DNA of 64,000 nucleotides from IMG/VR virus record IMGVR_UViG_3300007609_000017, positions 1,895 through 65,894 of that record; one strand, 5' to 3'. Positions 19,801 through 29,600 of this stretch are shown here, piece after piece. The notes under the pieces are model-generated. The model had not been told where the DNA came from. It worked only from the letters and a program-made list of their open reading frames with translations, and ran no database searches. The stretch is from a virus. Lineage: Duplodnaviria; Caudoviricetes. The position numbers and the translations under genes are program-made. Within the stretch, counting starts at the first letter, position 1. The number at the start of each line of letters is the position of its first letter.

Positions 19801-22800
19801 GCCGTCATCTTCAGGTGTTTGTTGATTGAATGCAAACACTTTGTTAACACCGGGTGCTCCTACATACAACCAACTTCCGTTTCTGCTCAACTCTACAGTT
19901 GACCCAAATTCGCTGTTGTTTTCTAGAGTTGGATCGACCAGTAGTTGATCAATAACTGTGTTTCCTAGTGCATCTCGCTTGAGTACTACAACATAACCTT
20001 TGTTGTTGTTGCTGGCTGGAGCACCCACTGCAATGTATCCATTGTCTGACTCCGAAACACTGTGACCAAATTGTTGCAAATCCTCAATATTAGGCGACAC
20101 AATGCCTTTTTGTTGATATGTTTGGTCAGTTTTTACAAAAGTTATGGCTTGATTGTTGTGAGGCTGTGTTGCCAACACAAAATTGCTGTCTCTGCTGATG
20201 TTTACTGCCTGACCAAGGTTGAAATCAGTGCCAGGTGTGCTGGCCAATATTCTCTGCGAATCTTCCCAAGGACTGGTTCTGTTAAGCACACTCCAACCAC
20301 CATCCCGGGTGCTGTCTATCCATAATTTTTCGTTGTTTTTGAATTGACTTGTGTTGGTGAGATTTCCAACGTCTGTGCCTGATGCAAATCTCACATTCTG
20401 CAACTTCAACACATAACCTTTACTGTCAACTTCTACATTATCCACATCGGTGGTGCATATCACAGTTTTTAGACCGCTCACACGTTGTACAATATGAAAT
20501 CCATCTACTTCATCGTCAAAATTTCTCAGCAGAACTACATCATTTTTTACAAAATCAATGTTTTTGTCAAATCCTAGTTCTAATTTACCGTCTACTGTGG
20601 ATGCAGATTTTACAACCGCATCAGTTGCAGAGATTCTATAAACAGCCCAGTCTTTGTCAAAACTTTGTGCTACCCAAATTGCACTGCCTTCGGGAGCGGA
20701 TTTTGATGCTGTGTCCAAAGTTTTTATATCAGATATGTTGAACAATGTATATTCTACATCTTCTAAATTTACGTAACCAGCTGTTTTGATATCAGTTTCG
20801 TATTGTGCATCCAAATTTCTTGTTTTAAACAAGTCAGGAACATAATTATTAGGTTTTTTGTAAACATCGCTTGGCTTGATCTGGTATCTATCTTCTACTG
20901 GATCAAATGATTCGTTGACCAGCTCTACAATTTTTACGTTGCTGTCAAACACACCTTCTTCTAGCACCAGTTCAATCTCTTGATTGAGATCTACAGCACC
21001 ATACGTGCCCACACGTACTGCCCACTCTTCGTAAAAATCTAGATCAACTGTGAGATTATCAAGTTTTGTTTTGAGCAGATTGTTGAAACTGTTGCTTGTG
21101 CCTTTTTCCTGCAACATTCCTTGATAGAATTTTACTTGACTAACATCATCTAACTGTAGATTTTCAAGATAATTGCGTTTCTGATAGCCTATCAGTCCTT
21201 TGCCGAATTTATCCAGATCATTTTCATTGTTTGCAACATCTAAGTTGTAGAAATTTTCAAATTGTCCAGCCTTTGTGCCTAGGTTGGGCAACATACCCAC
21301 AGGAATGTTGTCGCTCACAGAAAACTTTTCAAAATCAAAACTTTCACTGGCTTCCTGATTGATTTTGCTCACATACACTTTGCCTTTGAAACGTACAAAT
21401 TCGCCCTTGGCATAGTTTTTGGTGGCACTCCACTGCTGTATGTTGTCTTGGTTTATCACAAATCCTGGGGAATACAACGTGCCGTTCCATTCTCCGCTGA
21501 CATAGCCTGTGAGTTTGATTGCTTGTTGGCGATTGCCTAATTCAGGTTGATAAACAATATCACTAAAAATAGTGTTGTTGTCAAACACCGCTAAGTGCTC
21601 ATATTGCACTGTTTGGCATTTGAACAAGCCAACGGTATCTGCAGAACTAGAAAATGCAAGAGTATTTTGATCTCTTTGTATTTGACAGTTTTGTATTTTG
21701 ATTGGCGCAAAATTATTGTCTAAAATCTGTGCAGTGGTATTGAGATTGTCTACTACTTCTCCGGTTCTTGATATTTTAACTGTTCCGCCAACGGGCGTAA
21801 GACTTATAATATTGCCGGCTTGCCAATTCTGGCTAGTCCAGAATAGAAATTCTTTTGCAGACAACACAAAATCCTGTGCGGTACCTACTTCACTCAGCAC
21901 ATTGTCAAACACAAATCCTTGCGAAATCAAAAATCTTTCATAGCTAACCAAAAAATCAACCACTTGATCTCTGTTGTTAAAACTTGTACCATACGGTATT
22001 CGAACAATTGTATTGCCGAAATCTTTGTATACAGTACTAACAATTTCACCTGCTGAAATACTATATCTATTGTTGTTGACCACGCTAGGAATAATATCAA
22101 AATATGGGCTGTCAAAATCATATCCCCGGACACTATATCCGTTGACTTGTTTTTCGACTATCACTCCACTATAGCTAACTTGGGCAACTGGTTGACTTTT
22201 GTGTACCAATAGCTGTATATTTTCGTCTGGTATTAGAACACTTTGATTTTCTGTATTAGGAGTAACCTGCGTGGCAAAAAACTTGGTTTTGTTAAGATCG
22301 GTATAACCTGCTAATTTGTATGCAAGATTGATCTGTAGGTTTTCTAGTTTGTCGGCTAGGTTATCTGTGTTGTATCCTAAAAATACATTATAATCGCTGA
22401 TAAATTGACCTAGGCCGTTGACATAGTAATTGCTGTTGTGTACTTTATGGTCAGTGAACTTGTGTCTAGTGTTGTCAACTGCACTTACATACTGACCATT
22501 TTTTAACAGTGTACTGTCAATGTCGTAGCATAGATCTAAAAACTTTCCGGGTTGAGCAAGTGATGCAAGTATGATCAAAGCATATGGATATTCACTACTT
22601 CTGCGCCAGGCTGTTTCTGCTGGGCTCAAATCGCCAAAAACAAAGTTATTTCCAGATTGCAAGGAATTGTACTCTTTTACCAAACAATCCAGTGGAGATT
22701 TCAAGTTGCCGTATTCGTCAACTGGAATAATATCGGCTAGTCCTGTGCGCACAAAGTCTGCATTAACATTGTATGTACCAGTAGCGGATTGATAGATTTT

Positions 22801-25800
22801 GCCGGCTTCTAAGTCGTCCCACAAAATTTTGTTTCCGCTGGTATAGGGTGCTGGTCCATATAAGTTTTCCCACCAATCTGGTTTTTGAGAAAATCCCAAC
22901 ATTTCCCAAGGAGTTAGATGCGGAGTTTCGGTATCGTAGTGATATCTATAGATTGATCTCCAACTTCCTTGTAGCAAAGACCCATCTACTTTGCTGCTAA
23001 ATGCACTGTAGTTCCAAGTAAACGGATTGTTTTGATCATAATTTCTTGCATCATTAATCGAAACATTGTTTTTGCTAGACCACAAATTGAATTGTGAACT
23101 AATTATTTGATTGATTTCTTCTCTGGTGTAATCAGTTGACCTAAATTTACTGGGCAAAATTTCATACCAATCATAGCGATTGATATTGTATTCTGTTTTG
23201 AGGTTATTGTATATTCTTTTTTCCAGTTCCAGTATTAAGTTGTCTAATGCATCTCCGTAGGCAACTGTTATGCTTCCATCGTGACCTCTGATAACTTCAG
23301 TTGCTGTTACGTAGCTGGTATCAATATATTTTTCGGGTGTATACTTGTACCATAGCCCGAGCTTAGTGGGTGTTGGCGGTACAAAGCTGCCTCGTGTGTT
23401 GTTGTATTCTACTATTTTTATGCTGTCGTTTTGTTGAACGTCAAACAATTCTACAGCAGGTCTGCCCGATACGAAAGCATAGTCCACATCCTTGACCAAC
23501 TGCACACCATTTTTGTATACCAGCACACTAACAAAACTTTTTTGATTGTCTAAAAATTCACTTGATATTTCGTATTCCTTGATGCTGGAATCAATCACAG
23601 TATAATTTAGAGTTTGTTTATCACTGGAATATCCCAACATATCACTGAGATAAAATGGAAAATCCTGTGCACTCTTGTACTGATTGAGTTCTTCTAGCAC
23701 AGTGTCAACACTGCCAGGAATATCAGCGAGATCGAGATCTAGGTTTCTTGCTTTGTCAACGAAACTGTTTTTAAATTTGGTATACTGTTGTTTTACATAT
23801 TCTACCGATTCTACAATATCAAAATTATTGTCGCAGAACAACAGTGCAGTTGCACTAAAACTACTGGCATTTTGTTTGATTTTTCCGCCGGTGCGATAAT
23901 AATCTCCTAAATCTCTGAGATTTCCAAAACCCGGAAAATCGCCTTCAAAGTTCGGCGAGTTTTCAGCTATAGATTGCAAGTGATTGCGAATCTGGCCAAG
24001 TGTAAAATTGCTCAACAATTTGTTGTTGGCATTGAATTCAAGGTTTGATGGAATTTCGTAATAGCTTCTGCTATCCTTAACTTCACTTCTAAATCTAATC
24101 ACCAATTCTGTGCCAACAGCAAGCAGTGTATCAAAAGAAATTACAGTTTTGTTTTGTGATCTGTCAACACTATAACTGTCAGTTAATACTCCGTTGGTGT
24201 AAACAAATAGTGTGTTTACAAATTCAGAAGAATCTATCACAGGTATTTCGTATACTGATAACCCTGTGTCTAACACTTGCTCAATCACTTGGTATTGACG
24301 ATTTTGTTCGTAGACAGGCTCCCATATGTTTTTGGATTGCACAGTTGTTCTGTCAACAATCAATGCCAAATCATACAAATTTATTTTCTGTGATGTGCTG
24401 TTGCCGTTGGATATAAAATTAAAATTATCAGTATCTAGATAACTTTCGAACTCAATATCGCCAATGTTGTTGAATGTGCTGTAAGAAAGAGAAAATCCTA
24501 GTTCAGAATCAACAACCCCGTTGCCCAGCTTATAACCAAAAACTTTGGTTCCTTGGAAACTGCTGCTGTTGAAAAAATCAGTATTGCCCAACGATATGCT
24601 TGCAGAGTCAACTACATCAAACAAAGGCGGCTGATTGATTTTGGTTTTTTGCTGAGAATGGATCCAATCTTTTCCGTCAAAATACAAACTTTTTCCTTGA
24701 TTGGACAGTCCTTTGGTTACCACAATAGTGTCATTTTCCAAAGCTGTGGATTCGGTGTCTTCTACTAGATGTATCTGTTTTTCACCATCTGTGGTTGTTT
24801 CTATAAAACTCACATTGTATACTTTGTTCACAACATCAGGATTAGTGTCTGCTGTAAACAATACTCGCATACCTTCGGCCAATGATACACCGTCAACAAA
24901 GTAGCCAGCAGACCCTTCAATTTGCGAAAACACATCTGATGTTGTGCTGTCAATCAAATCTACTTGTGTTTTTCCAATTTTTCCGTTGTTGTACAACAAA
25001 AGATTTCGTTCAAATTCAATAATAGGCCTTTTTGCTCTAGATGTTTGATCGATTTCTGGAGAAAAATTGTTGTATTCAGCAGTTTTGTTAATAATATCTT
25101 CGTGGAACCATCTATTGTGTCGACTCCAAGCGTTTCTATCAATACTGGCTCGATTTATAACGATATAATCTTTTTCCACAGGACTATTGCCTGTTTCTTC
25201 AAAACCGCCTTTGTCATATAGGGTATTGTCATAGCCTTCGCTGAGATTTTGAGTAAAGGTTTCTGGAGTTATCAACTGATCCACAGGCACAAGCACAATG
25301 CCCGAACCTACGCCTTCTACGTAGTACTCTCTGTCTTGGTACTGTTGCTGAACAACATCTGTGTCGAATCTAATTTTTAGTCCGTTGGTAAATTCCACTC
25401 CATTAGGACTGGTATAATTGGTCTGGTCTAGTATGTCCTGCTCTACATCAATTTGCGCAGTAGACTGAGCCAATATTATTTCAATTTTACCAAATATGGT
25501 TTCGTCAGAGCCGTCCTGATAAAACAGACTGGTTTTGTTTGCAGTTATAATCGGTATTAGATCCAACTCGCCGTTGGATTTTTTCCACAATTCTCTGTTT
25601 CCAAAACGATTGCCTTCGCCTATGACAACTTTGTTTTCTGTAGGCCATTCTTTGATTCTATCAAGTTTTAAAAACTCAACTCCGCCAAAGTCTTGCACAC
25701 GGATTCTAAAAATATCTCTGCGTTGAGATTCAGGTACTGCTTCTCCTACATCATAGGATCTAGCATTGTACTCACTGCTGGCATACGGTTCGTTTGCGGC

Positions 25801-26694
25801 CCAATTGTCTTGGTCTGACTGATAAAATACCACCAATTTACCATCTAGATTGAGTTGTCCATCAATACCTCCTAACTCTACAACACTTTGCAGTGTACGA
25901 TTGTGCAGTTGATTGTAGTTCAGCGTGGTTGCAAGATTTACATTCTCAACCACAGGCATTTGTAAAAACTTGTCTTGTGAGTTCTCCAGAGGAACATTAA
26001 AGATTAGTTCGCCTTGATCTTCGCCATTGTTGACAACACCTAGTACATCTCTTGTGCTGATGTTGGATTGTACACTGCTAACACCACTGGTGCCTTGCTC
26101 GGTTTGTATAAAAAACTGATGCCCTGGCTGATCCAGCTGAAAAGTGTAGCTACCGCCGCGTTTAAAAGTCAGTCTCGGGTTAGTTTCTGATGACTGCTTG
26201 AAAGTGTATCCTTTGCTTGTGCGGCCAACTTCAATAGTGTCTGTGGCTGGTACCGCTCCTGCAAACACATCTACCGCATCAGGACCGTTGGGCAACCAGT
26301 AGTATTTGCTGAAGTTTACAAACTTGTCAAGATCGACCAAACCACTGAGACTGTATTCTGTGTGTGCAAACAGTCTATCGTGTCGATCTACTATGGCACC
26401 TTTGGTGCGCATTTTATCTATTACTTCTGTGTAGGGCACAAAATTGGTCGTGCTGTCAGGATTGGTTATTTTTAACCCGGGTTCAAGCTGATAATTCTTG
26501 CGCTGACTTGTTTGCTCGCTGATAAAACTATCTTGCTGTATAAATCTGCTGCCGAACCCCCTGCCAACAAACCCGTTGATTTTTTTGAGTTCGATATCAC
26601 TTATTAATTGATCAAGAGTTGCGGCCAAAAACTTTTTGTTGGCACCACTTTGGTGTATTTGTGGCAGTAATTCTACGGATTTTCTATTGGCCAT
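13807..26694 (-). CDS. Giant (4295 aa) baseplate wedge/structural protein, positional gp7 equivalent
   Basis: Directly downstream of gp6 with TAATG coupling; FG-GAP-like repeats (YIAVGAP, LYVGAP, FVGSP, LIVGAP), CBM5/12-like W..Y..G..V..G..Y motifs and repeated GD(G/S)STT modules. Confidence 0.75.
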   Translation of the reverse strand: MANRKSVELLPQIHQSGANKKFLAATLDQLISDIELKKINGFVGRGFGSRFIQQDSFISEQTSQRKNYQLEPGLKITNPDSTTNFVPYTEVIDKMRTKGAIVDRHDRLFAHTEYSLSGLVDLDKFVNFSKYYWLPNGPDAVDVFAGAVPATDTIEVGRTSKGYTFKQSSETNPRLTFKRGGSYTFQLDQPGHQFFIQTEQGTSGVSSVQSNISTRDVLGVVNNGEDQGELIFNVPLENSQDKFLQMPVVENVNLATTLNYNQLHNRTLQSVVELGGIDGQLNLDGKLVVFYQSDQDNWAANEPYASSEYNARSYDVGEAVPESQRRDIFRIRVQDFGGVEFLKLDRIKEWPTENKVVIGEGNRFGNRELWKKSNGELDLIPIITANKTSLFYQDGSDETIFGKIEIILAQSTAQIDVEQDILDQTNYTSPNGVEFTNGLKIRFDTDVVQQQYQDREYYVEGVGSGIVLVPVDQLITPETFTQNLSEGYDNTLYDKGGFEETGNSPVEKDYIVINRASIDRNAWSRHNRWFHEDIINKTAEYNNFSPEIDQTSRAKRPIIEFERNLLLYNNGKIGKTQVDLIDSTTSDVFSQIEGSAGYFVDGVSLAEGMRVLFTADTNPDVVNKVYNVSFIETTTDGEKQIHLVEDTESTALENDTIVVTKGLSNQGKSLYFDGKDWIHSQQKTKINQPPLFDVVDSASISLGNTDFFNSSSFQGTKVFGYKLGNGVVDSELGFSLSYSTFNNIGDIEFESYLDTDNFNFISNGNSTSQKINLYDLALIVDRTTVQSKNIWEPVYEQNRQYQVIEQVLDTGLSVYEIPVIDSSEFVNTLFVYTNGVLTDSYSVDRSQNKTVISFDTLLAVGTELVIRFRSEVKDSRSYYEIPSNLEFNANNKLLSNFTLGQIRNHLQSIAENSPNFEGDFPGFGNLRDLGDYYRTGGKIKQNASSFSATALLFCDNNFDIVESVEYVKQQYTKFKNSFVDKARNLDLDLADIPGSVDTVLEELNQYKSAQDFPFYLSDMLGYSSDKQTLNYTVIDSSIKEYEISSEFLDNQKSFVSVLVYKNGVQLVKDVDYAFVSGRPAVELFDVQQNDSIKIVEYNNTRGSFVPPTPTKLGLWYKYTPEKYIDTSYVTATEVIRGHDGSITVAYGDALDNLILELEKRIYNNLKTEYNINRYDWYEILPSKFRSTDYTREEINQIISSQFNLWSSKNNVSINDARNYDQNNPFTWNYSAFSSKVDGSLLQGSWRSIYRYHYDTETPHLTPWEMLGFSQKPDWWENLYGPAPYTSGNKILWDDLEAGKIYQSATGTYNVNADFVRTGLADIIPVDEYGNLKSPLDCLVKEYNSLQSGNNFVFGDLSPAETAWRRSSEYPYALIILASLAQPGKFLDLCYDIDSTLLKNGQYVSAVDNTRHKFTDHKVHNSNYYVNGLGQFISDYNVFLGYNTDNLADKLENLQINLAYKLAGYTDLNKTKFFATQVTPNTENQSVLIPDENIQLLVHKSQPVAQVSYSGVIVEKQVNGYSVRGYDFDSPYFDIIPSVVNNNRYSISAGEIVSTVYKDFGNTIVRIPYGTSFNNRDQVVDFLVSYERFLISQGFVFDNVLSEVGTAQDFVLSAKEFLFWTSQNWQAGNIISLTPVGGTVKISRTGEVVDNLNTTAQILDNNFAPIKIQNCQIQRDQNTLAFSSSADTVGLFKCQTVQYEHLAVFDNNTIFSDIVYQPELGNRQQAIKLTGYVSGEWNGTLYSPGFVINQDNIQQWSATKNYAKGEFVRFKGKVYVSKINQEASESFDFEKFSVSDNIPVGMLPNLGTKAGQFENFYNLDVANNENDLDKFGKGLIGYQKRNYLENLQLDDVSQVKFYQGMLQEKGTSNSFNNLLKTKLDNLTVDLDFYEEWAVRVGTYGAVDLNQEIELVLEEGVFDSNVKIVELVNESFDPVEDRYQIKPSDVYKKPNNYVPDLFKTRNLDAQYETDIKTAGYVNLEDVEYTLFNISDIKTLDTASKSAPEGSAIWVAQSFDKDWAVYRISATDAVVKSASTVDGKLELGFDKNIDFVKNDVVLLRNFDDEVDGFHIVQRVSGLKTVICTTDVDNVEVDSKGYVLKLQNVRFASGTDVGNLTNTSQFKNNEKLWIDSTRDGGWSVLNRTSPWEDSQRILASTPGTDFNLGQAVNISRDSNFVLATQPHNNQAITFVKTDQTYQQKGIVSPNIEDLQQFGHSVSESDNGYIAVGAPASNNNKGYVVVLKRDALGNTVIDQLLVDPTLENNSEFGSTVELSRNGSWLYVGAPGVNKVFAFNQQTPEDDGSTVSTNTFTADSSTTVYYMDRDYDNIWQVHISDNTGKIYAPYIDFDLVNNNEIHFTSAPQIGTEFLITRDASYVYVDTASASDSSQGDRFGDKIATTTTGDKILVSAPKFGTQNSGKLYYYERSIESYTGDGSTTVYSTVQNINSTANRVLVNGVENNSTTVNLANIVFSTPPEIGQLIDVETNNFNLVQTIELSNPGFNDRFGTDVIICYNNCSVYTSAPGRDVGNNLNQGSVYRYTNVPVQYSTITGTVDSSSLNIGDIVKINNRPVIITGTSASTIAQNINNQHISGISATATNNQLTVTSTGEMSISALQSSVLTAMGLEPVQYVQTLDHPDPQPNEQFGTTLELNRNSNVLFVGSPFATTYKITEFDQQTTVFDSETTEFSDDVDSGSVYVFEFVEAENASLQDPGAFVPSQQFYSAEISLNDRFGTAIAASADTLIVGAPFDEDSTTNSGALYVFKNSTGKRAWETYRSEDTKVDTDLFNSVMLYNTRTNTIIDRLDYIDGAKGKIAGAAQQNIDIISDNDPAKYNTGNSKNQNQYSAWCEPNQGTIWWDTSTAKYLEYEQGTLEDRAQYWNSFFPGSQIDVYEWTSSVLPPLDYIDQNPGQLLKYPTGNIYTIDTQYNQARNTFTTTYYFWVKNKSQVANNKTLSVAQIADYIQSPNTQGFPYVAFVDSNAMLVYNANNLLENKESVLKVNYDVERNDKNLHTEFELIKQGSGDSVVNDRMFRKIKDSLAGTTFTGETVPDKNLSISEKLGLEFRPRQTIVLDRQAALKNVLTFVNNELQKESYATSIQFANLNSEQQPPSSTSGEWNQQVATAGDLDFIDISALPVGYKILVQLDTTEDNLWTIRQLQTNGNWKKVKVQSYKTSNYWSFTDWYAEGYSSDTVIDYSIASINSVVDLNLAEDDVVKVEANLAGNFEIYVVQNGELVLVGLQNGTIQISTALYEPTVENLGFGAEVFDGNRWDELPTLETHKIIDAVRDDIFISDKTDLFNRFTFDLFEYILKEQQYVDWLFKTSFISLEHKIRGLEQYSVYQPDNQSFLLDYVNEAKPYHTKIREYLYRYNKQEEYLGDVTDFDVASFYDQSLEIYRKPESDNPLDDALFEQAQNSSWNSNYDYIVSSIAIASPGENYTVAPQLVISDPDLPGGTTATAVARIRNGGIDKVTVTEPGSGYTTTPTVTLVGGNGSGARLSVRLENQKTRKISTTIKFDRFRYTSDVKTWAANTVYQTSDIIGYNGEAFVATSDFVSGTAFTADNLSVYADENFTNANDRISAYYTPTSGMLGKELSQQVYGVEYPGVNVVGPLFNQGPGFDLPVFDIESFDNFQIGPEGREVISDDAYDTFVQSQFSDSNLGLRPSDIVIDGSEFVDEYSSHSPEELVPGRVFDTLDLKVYQAPTSNSRGTGNGINIAVSYLEGDGSTAVFEIADGDMVVVYTKNLGPRYAGTHYEVDYANSLIVFNTPLAEGDIAYCYIFQVAGENTVAEVTEIGTGGTNEFSLQVDPEIALASFAMIEGEGVVSTIVDTGDNITVVLGRTPALGDRVKIWVFNSEQAIPYSEIHEQVIQLDGSTLSYQLDNRVLFTGPASSQMILEYNGSRLRPANSVYYTGDSSTIVYDTPASANDTQFGISDTEIGVWVDDVKQEQFIDYDISFDDGSTQRFVIFYTPPASGSRITVSNSADAEYRVESENIVVLSDSIDISEGGNLRAITFTNHDNNDIETKVFVGTAESTITTTIGFGGAPYDVTDFDSETITIISNAEYQLDRPITNSNYVWVTVDGIKLHPGIDFVVQGNKVVVSDSFGVRADSLVVVSSFTEETSVDAISWRIFHSMLGDVEYHRMIKQGVTELTQPLLAQDTEIYVADGSVLSEPSIPENRPGVIFVDAERITYWQKTGNILSQIRRGTAGTGVANEHPVNMPVVDAGIENVIAGSNTDTNTWLDQGTSTAADGRGMQKANTAQAKFLREKRGILPILINDQRGRYLESGYVNEGYVEINE

Positions 26695-29600
26695 TATTGG
26701 CTACCTCCGGTTTGAATTTGGTCAGCTTTTATCTTGCTGGCAGTTATACTGTCTATAATCTCTACATTGTCTACAGTTGCACTGCTGATAAAAATTTCAT
26801 CTGGTTGGCATTTAATTTCGTATAGGCTACCGAAGGTTTGATTGTTGCTGGTAGGCACTAAAACTATGCTACTGGCAATTGTACGCAACTCGTTGTGCAG
26901 GTATGCACTTAATTCAGAGAAGTAAAATGTTTCGCCAAAATCCCAATTTTCGATGCTAAAATATTCATTCACTGCTGAAATAAGCTGACTTTTGACTTCG
27001 CTGTCAGTAACAACAGTGTTGGCGTTTTTCACTACTTTGAAGCTGGCCTGAAGTTCTTCTTCTGCTTTGTTGCCAAACAACGGTTTAAATCTTGCGTGAT
27101 TGTATATGATGCTGTCGCTAACACTTTTTACTGTTTCTAGATCACTGAATTCTGTTTTTAGTTGCTCTACAGTAGGCACGCTGGGCTGTTGCACTGTACC
27201 AGTAAAATCTTCTGCGTAGTTTCTATAGGCTTCTTCGTAATTTTTTGTCAGCAAGAATAGATCAATTATATTGCTAGGACTAGGATCTATCCGGCGATTG
27301 TTTGGTGCGTTGTGTTTGTATTGAAATTTAAGGTTGCTTCTTCCTATTCTAGCCACATAGTCATCGCTGACATCAACAACAGTTTTTTCTCCTGTGACTG
27401 CATTGTCACTGATTTGATAGAATTTATTGTCACTGATTGCGTAAAACAATGTGCCATCTGCGAATAGATTTTTTTCATTTTGCAATTGTTCCAGTGTGGC
27501 ATAATCTGTGCTGACCAATTCACTGTATGGCACATATGTGATGTAATTTTGATTGCTGATTTGTTTTTCAAAGAACACATACTTTTGCGTGCTGTTGGTT
27601 TCAGGAGCAACCACAATATCAAATATTTCTGGATTGTCTAGGATGCCATCTTTGTCAGTGTCTGGGAATGTGACTTTTACTTTTTTATTGTCAATATAGC
27701 CATCACTTTCTAAAATCACATCTTCAACAAACATTACATAATCTCTGTTGAGACCTGTGGTGGAATCTGGCTCGCTGTTTATGCCCAATACTACTATCTG
27801 ATCGTCTACTGTTGTGCCTGTGGCGCTGTCGTAAATTCTTGTGACAGGATCAAAATAAAATCTTGTTTGAATAACACTTTCAAACAGTATACTGATTCCT
27901 CTGTATTTCACTGTGTAGGTCTGTCCGTCAGTTTCGAACAACACTATCCAGCTGGCATCACTGCCAGTGCTGGTGATATCTCCGGTGTTGTCAATGCTCC
28001 AATCACTGGTTTTGTTTAAATTGTTGGCTGTGATTATTTTCCAGGTTTGCGAGTCTCTGTCAAATCTCAGTCCAAAATCTTTATACAAGGTCACATTGGA
28101 AACTATTTCATTGCTCACTGTGGATAGTGTGGTGTTGAAAGGTGGTATTACAGTTTCCACAATGGCACCAACTGGTATGTTTTGATTGAGAGAAACAGGT
28201 CCTGATCCGTCAGACAAATTGCCCAGCCCTTGATTGGTTCCGTCATCTACAATGCTGTTGACTCCGCACCAAATGTAGGAAAGCTGATTTTGTCCTGATG
28301 GTGTGCCTAATTCAAGCTTGTTTCCGCTGGCAAGATCAAAGTAAAACCCTGCAGGAGCAACAAATTTTATCAAAGATCCTACCACAATGTTGCGTCTGCT
28401 GTTGCCAACAAATGCACCTATGCCTTGCGGTACTGAGCCGTTGCTGAAGTAGCCAGTGCTGGCATTTGTGCCCACAGTGGCTCTTTCCCACACTGTGGCA
28501 AGATTGGTAAGATCCACACTGCCATATTTGCCCAGATAAAAATGCAGTGTGTCAGGATCGTTTATAATATTCAACAAGTCACCACGAACCACACGCAAAA
28601 TATCATTGGTGTTGGTCCATTCAAAACTAAAACTGCTTAAAAATTCATTTCTGTAGAATATACCATCGTCGCAGAATACATTGGTGCTGCTGTATTTTCC
28701 TGTGGTGTCTTTGACATCTAAAAATCTACTGATACCGCTGCTGGTTCTGTTGACTGCTTTGCTCTTGATAATATTAGTATATTGCGTGAGTGGATATACA
28801 TTGTAGTCTTCGCCGTTGACCATTCTGTTTTGAGTGTAGTACTGTTGCGGAGCTTTGGTACGAATGTCGTTGAGGCTTTCTCTTTCTACTGCATTTGCTA
28901 CTGTGTACTGAAGAGCTAATCCAACAGTGAGAGTTTCCAACTGTCCTGCGCGACTGATGTAGTCAATTTCTATTTGAGAGTTGGAAATCTCGCTGGGTTT
29001 AATTCTATAACTGGATCCGTTGCTGGTTCGATAGAACAGTCTAAAATCGCCAACAGGAATTTCTGCAAACACGCCATCGCCAAAAATCAAATCAATTTGA
29101 TCATTGTTTCTGGTATTGACGGCAAATATTTTTCGTTGGCCTTGCTCCAAGCTGTTGTATGCTATGTTACTACCAACCACTGCAGGTACTTTGATCCATT
29201 CTTCTGTAAGGACACCGTTTTCATCTAGCTTGTACAACCAAACATCATCGTTGTTGATGTTGTCCACGTTGATGTTTACAATTCTATTGTCCAGTCTCTG
29301 CGAAATGGTAAAGTCAGTGGATTTTAATTCGCCTTGTTTGAAGTAAAAGAAAAATCCAGTGTCGGCTGATGCATTGCCGCGGCTGTCGTTTTTGTACAAC
29401 AGATTGAAATTGCTGCCTAAATTTGGCGAAGGTTCATACAAAAACTCTTTGCCAACTAGATCTGCGCTAACCAATTCAAATGGCATATTCACGCCATCGA
29501 CTTTGGCTCTAAATGCATAGCGAGGCAGCACTCCGGTAGGTGTGTTCACTTGATAAATTTCATTTCTTACGCCCAGCAGTGTTTTTTTAACAGCTGGCTT

